Shown: positions 29,141 through 32,000 of the stretch, piece by piece
How positions within the stretch are numbered: position 1 is the first letter of the stretch
Layout of the letters: each line of letters opens with the position of its first letter
Origin: Guillardia theta nucleomorph
Lineage: Eukaryota > Protista > Cryptophyta
DNA length: 32,000 bases
Direction of reading: 5' to 3'
NCBI GenBank assembly: GCA_000002975.1
Contig: AJ010592.2
Span: 30,001 to 62,000, forward strand
Program-made: the position numbers and the translations under genes
The notes under the pieces: model-generated
Seen by the model: the letters and a program-made list of their open reading frames with translations, nothing else
What the model was told of the DNA's origin: nothing
Databases searched by the model: none

Positions 29141-29217
29141 TTTATAGACATTCGTTCAAAATATTTAAAAAAATAAAGTGTATGTGTATATTATTTAATT
29201 ACAATCAATTAAAATAA

Positions 29218-29709
29218 CTAATTAATACTTATATTTTCATCACAATTATTTTTTATAAAATCAATGTTAATATTCCATTGAGGTAAACTTCTTAATTCTA
29301 ATTGTGTACCGTCATTTAACTTAACTACAACATCTGCAAATTTTCCTCCAAATCTAGTGATATAGTTAATTTTCTTTACATCTCTATAAACAATTTCGAC
29401 ATGTTCTTTACCCATAAAGCCTGAATCTACACAGATTCTTCTGTTCGTAATAGTATATTTCACCCAAAATTGTCTCATCAAAGTAGCTAGAAAAGGAATA
29501 ATACCCACAACCGTTAATATTGATAAAAAAGGTATAATTAGTTCATATTTGGAAGGTGGACCTTGAAAAAAGACTTTTTCAGTCTCAATTTTAGGTTTAT
29601 TGCTTGTTGTTTTGTCTAAATTATTAATTATCAAATTTCGTCTGTAATTATATATTAATTCTTTATTTAATTTTTTGTTTGTTTTAATTGGAATATAATT
29701 AACAAACAT
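29218..29709 (-). CDS. plastid-targeted bacterial PH (bPH_2/DUF304-like) membrane protein of cyanobacterial type
   Basis: N-terminal MFVN transit-like segment, E.VFFQGPP, a hydrophobic stretch, then WVKYTITNRRI.V.SG..G and DVVVKL.DG.QLELRSLP. Confidence 0.8.
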   Translation of the reverse strand: MFVNYIPIKTNKKLNKELIYNYRRNLIINNLDKTTSNKPKIETEKVFFQGPPSKYELIIPFLSILTVVGIIPFLATLMRQFWVKYTITNRRICVDSGFMGKEHVEIVYRDVKKINYITRFGGKFADVVVKLNDGTQLELRSLPQWNINIDFIKNNCDENISIN

Positions 29710-29729
29710 TATATAAATTATAAATTTAC

Positions 29730-29784
29730 TTATATTTTTATTATATTTTTATTATATTTTTATTATATTTTTATTATATTTTTA
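29730..29784. repeat. perfect tandem repeat (TTATATTTTTA)x5
   Basis: Five exact 11-nt copies starting at 29730, 29741, 29752, 29763 and 29774. Confidence 0.97.
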
Positions 29785-30340
29785 GGTTTTTTTTCATTAT
29801 TATGTAAATCCCATCAAGAAATTTTCGCAAATCTTTATTTTTTGCTTGACAAGATTGTTGAATACTAGCGGCATTCAAGGAAACTAAGTTTAAGTCACTT
29901 CCAAAAACAGAAATTTCATCTTTCTTAGCTTCATTTTTTTTTATTTTTACTCCTTGTCCCATATAAATTTTTCTTATTCTCTTTTCTCCTAAAAAGTTTC
30001 TTATCTCTAGACAACTCCCATCGTCTGTTATTGATAAATTAATCGGAAAATGAGCATAAATAGGTTGGAGAATATATTCAAATCCTAAACTTACACCTAC
30101 TATCATGTTTGTAATGTGTGATGCAATAGTATTTAATTTAGCTAATTGTTTTTTACCAGCCATCCATAGTAATAAAATAATTTCCTTTTTTTTTTCAAAA
30201 TAACGAATAGAAATCTGAGTTTTTTCAAAACTTCTTATAATACTACCAAGTGATCCTGTAGCTGATATTTTTCTTGCCTTAGTTTTGATCTTAACATTCT
30301 TGGGTATTTTGATCTTTCTTATAGTTTTAATTGTAAGCAT
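29774..30340 (-). CDS. rpl9: 60S ribosomal protein L9 (uL6)
   Basis: HITNMIVGVSLGF, YAHFPIN, EIRNFLGEK and KNKDLRKFLDGIY motifs. Confidence 0.97.
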   Translation of the reverse strand: MLTIKTIRKIKIPKNVKIKTKARKISATGSLGSIIRSFEKTQISIRYFEKKKEIILLLWMAGKKQLAKLNTIASHITNMIVGVSLGFEYILQPIYAHFPINLSITDDGSCLEIRNFLGEKRIRKIYMGQGVKIKKNEAKKDEISVFGSDLNLVSLNAASIQQSCQAKNKDLRKFLDGIYIIMKKNLKI

Positions 30341-30370
30341 AACAACAAAAAAGTGTATATATCTCTACAC

Positions 30371-30375
30371 AAAAA
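30371..30375 (-). terminator. Pol III oligo-T terminator of tRNA-Val
   Basis: TTTTT lies 2 nt after the tRNA 3' end on the minus strand. Confidence 0.6.
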
Positions 30376-30377
30376 GA

Positions 30378-30463
30378 TGTTAGTAATGAGATGTTTTGAA
30401 CTCATGACATTTAGTGTGTTAAACTAACGCTTAAGATATGCTACCATGCTGAGCTATACTAAC
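30378..30463 (-). tRNA. trnV: tRNA-Val (AAC) with two non-canonical insertions (about 9 nt in the D arm, 3 nt in the T loop)
   Basis: Acceptor GTTAGTA/TACTAAC, anticodon stem TTAGT/ACTAA with loop TT-AAC-AC, T stem ATGAG/CTCAT. The 86-nt gene becomes a standard 74 nt after removing 9+3 nt. Confidence 0.9.
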
Positions 30464-30503
30464 GATTTCAAAAGCCAAAATAGATATCATAAAGTTATTG
30501 TTG

Positions 30504-31694
30504 TTAATTAGTAACATTTAAAATTTCTCGCTTTAAGTTATAGATTTTATTTTTCCTCTCAATATTCTTAAAACTCAATTTACTTTCTAAGCTATATTTA
30601 TTATCAACTATAATTTGATTTTTAATAATATTTTCAGAATTTTTAAACGCACCCAAACACTTTTTATTCTGAAATTGATTTGATATCTTACCAATACTAT
30701 TTCTACTTATAAATCCTGAAATTAAGTTTTTAATATTGGTAACCCCGAGTTCATCATGATTTGAAAATTTTACAAAACAACAATTATAAAAATATTTTTT
30801 AAAAACTTTGTTTAATGAGGTTTTATCACTATCGTTGATTATTTTTTCCCATAATAAGTCAGTTTTTCCAAGGATCATTATAGAAAAAGGTTTCTTGAAT
30901 AAATTTTCTGAAATATTGAATGATAAAATTTGATACTGTAGTGGATTTACTCTTAGTATACTTGGATCCAAAAAAAATATAATAGTTTTATCTAAAGATA
31001 CGAATATTTCTTTAGTTGATCGAATTTTATTAATCACATTGTGTTTAAATTTAGTGTCAATAACTTGATATCGATAGAGATTATAGTCATAATGTCCAAC
31101 GTTAAATAGTATTAATTCATTTTGTTTTTTGAGCTTTTTGAATTTAAATCTAGTTAGTTTTTGAAATAGATTTGTTTTGCCTGACAATTTGGTACCAATG
31201 ATAATAATAGATTTTTTATAAGGATCAATCGCTGGAATAGCTTTTAAATTTAAACGAATTTGCTCTAAATATAATAAAGAATTATTTATCTTTTTTATAA
31301 CTTTACATATTTTTCCAAGAAAGGTTTTTTTAAGAATTTTACAACGGTAAAATTTCGTTTCTTTGTGAATCAATGATTTATAATTTTCTGTTAAATTAGA
31401 TATTTTTTTTAGTAACCAATTTATTTTTGATAAGTTAACCTTGTAGTAATTTCTATCAAAAATTCTAGTAAACAAATTTCTGTAGAAATGATGAAGTTGT
31501 ACAATTTTAGGAAAAAATTCAATAATTTTATTCAAATAATTACTCATAAAATTTTTAACAAAAAGTAATTTTTTAATATAAAAACTTTTTATTCTTGCAA
31601 TTGAAACATGTTTATTAATATATGTTGGCGTTTTTCTTTGTGTTTTAGACAATAGGTTGTCTATGAGATTTACTGAAGTTAAAATTTTAATCAT
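30504..31694 (-). CDS. nog1: nucleolar GTP-binding protein Nog1, degenerate and truncated
   Basis: LSKTQRKTPT, IARIKSFYIKK, LHHFY, YLEQIR..L..IPAIDP, VGHYDY and YQVIDT motifs. Confidence 0.9.
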   Translation of the reverse strand: MIKILTSVNLIDNLLSKTQRKTPTYINKHVSIARIKSFYIKKLLFVKNFMSNYLNKIIEFFPKIVQLHHFYRNLFTRIFDRNYYKVNLSKINWLLKKISNLTENYKSLIHKETKFYRCKILKKTFLGKICKVIKKINNSLLYLEQIRLNLKAIPAIDPYKKSIIIIGTKLSGKTNLFQKLTRFKFKKLKKQNELILFNVGHYDYNLYRYQVIDTKFKHNVINKIRSTKEIFVSLDKTIIFFLDPSILRVNPLQYQILSFNISENLFKKPFSIMILGKTDLLWEKIINDSDKTSLNKVFKKYFYNCCFVKFSNHDELGVTNIKNLISGFISRNSIGKISNQFQNKKCLGAFKNSENIIKNQIIVDNKYSLESKLSFKNIERKNKIYNLKREILNVTN

Positions 31695-31759
31695 TTATTA
31701 TACTATAATTTTGAATAATAAATAAACATATAATTGAATAATTTTAAATAAAGACCAAG

Positions 31760-32000
31760 TTAAAGATAATAATTATGTACTACAGAAGGCGAATTATATA
31801 AAACACATTTGAATTTTCTAAAATATTCTCTCGGTTTGATATCATTTGAAATTATTTTATAAATATTTAATGTTATTAATGAATCACTTCCTGCTTGATG
31901 CGATTTTCCAATTCTATTAATATTGAATTTTTCAGCTATTTTATCTAAACTTCCGTAAAAATTAGAAGAAAAATATCCTAAGTGCTTCAAATCAAAAAAA
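31760..32000 (-). CDS. caf1: CCR4-associated factor Caf1/Pop2 deadenylase (3' part only)
   Basis: FDLKHL, GSLDKIA..RIGKSHQAGSDSLIT; the frame is open to the window edge. Confidence 0.93.
   Translation of the reverse strand, partial: FFDLKHLGYFSSNFYGSLDKIAEKFNINRIGKSHQAGSDSLITLNIYKIISNDIKPREYFRKFKCVLYNSPSVVHNYYL

Noticed and set aside
13905-29709. Bacterial-type genes (secE, engA, bPH_2) as contamination or recent horizontal transfer
   Set aside because: They share the composition of their neighbours and carry N-terminal transit-like extensions, which endosymbiotic gene transfer explains.
29730-29784. CRISPR or telomere interpretation of the 11-mer array
   Set aside because: No spacers or cas genes, eukaryotic context, internal position, and the unit derives from the rpl9 3' end.

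Overview
This is an extremely AT-rich, gene-dense eukaryotic window with intergenic gaps mostly 10-80 bp. It mixes cytosolic housekeeping genes (alpha-tubulin, eL13, eL14, eL24, eL41, uL6, uS2, Nop58, Has1, Krr1, Nog1, importin-beta, Caf1, Sen34) with plastid-targeted genes of cyanobacterial or plastid type (secE, engA/der, tic110, a bPH_2 membrane protein). It also has a 43-nt GT-AG intron just after a start codon and a tRNA with non-canonical insertions. This combination points to a cryptophyte nucleomorph chromosome, most likely Guillardia theta (inferred, not searched). Four genes were missed by the ORF track: spliced rpl24, rpl41, tRNA-Arg(UCG) and tRNA-Val(AAC). Several orphan-looking ORFs appear by eye to be very divergent known proteins: TFIIIC tau138/GTF3C1, TFIIE-alpha, a histone-fold protein, SF3B1, Noc2 and possibly a Sec22-like R-SNARE. 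The most unusual gene encodes an 82-aa protein resembling the bacterial/giant-virus Hc1 'histone H1-like' family. All homology calls come from recalled motifs, not database searches.
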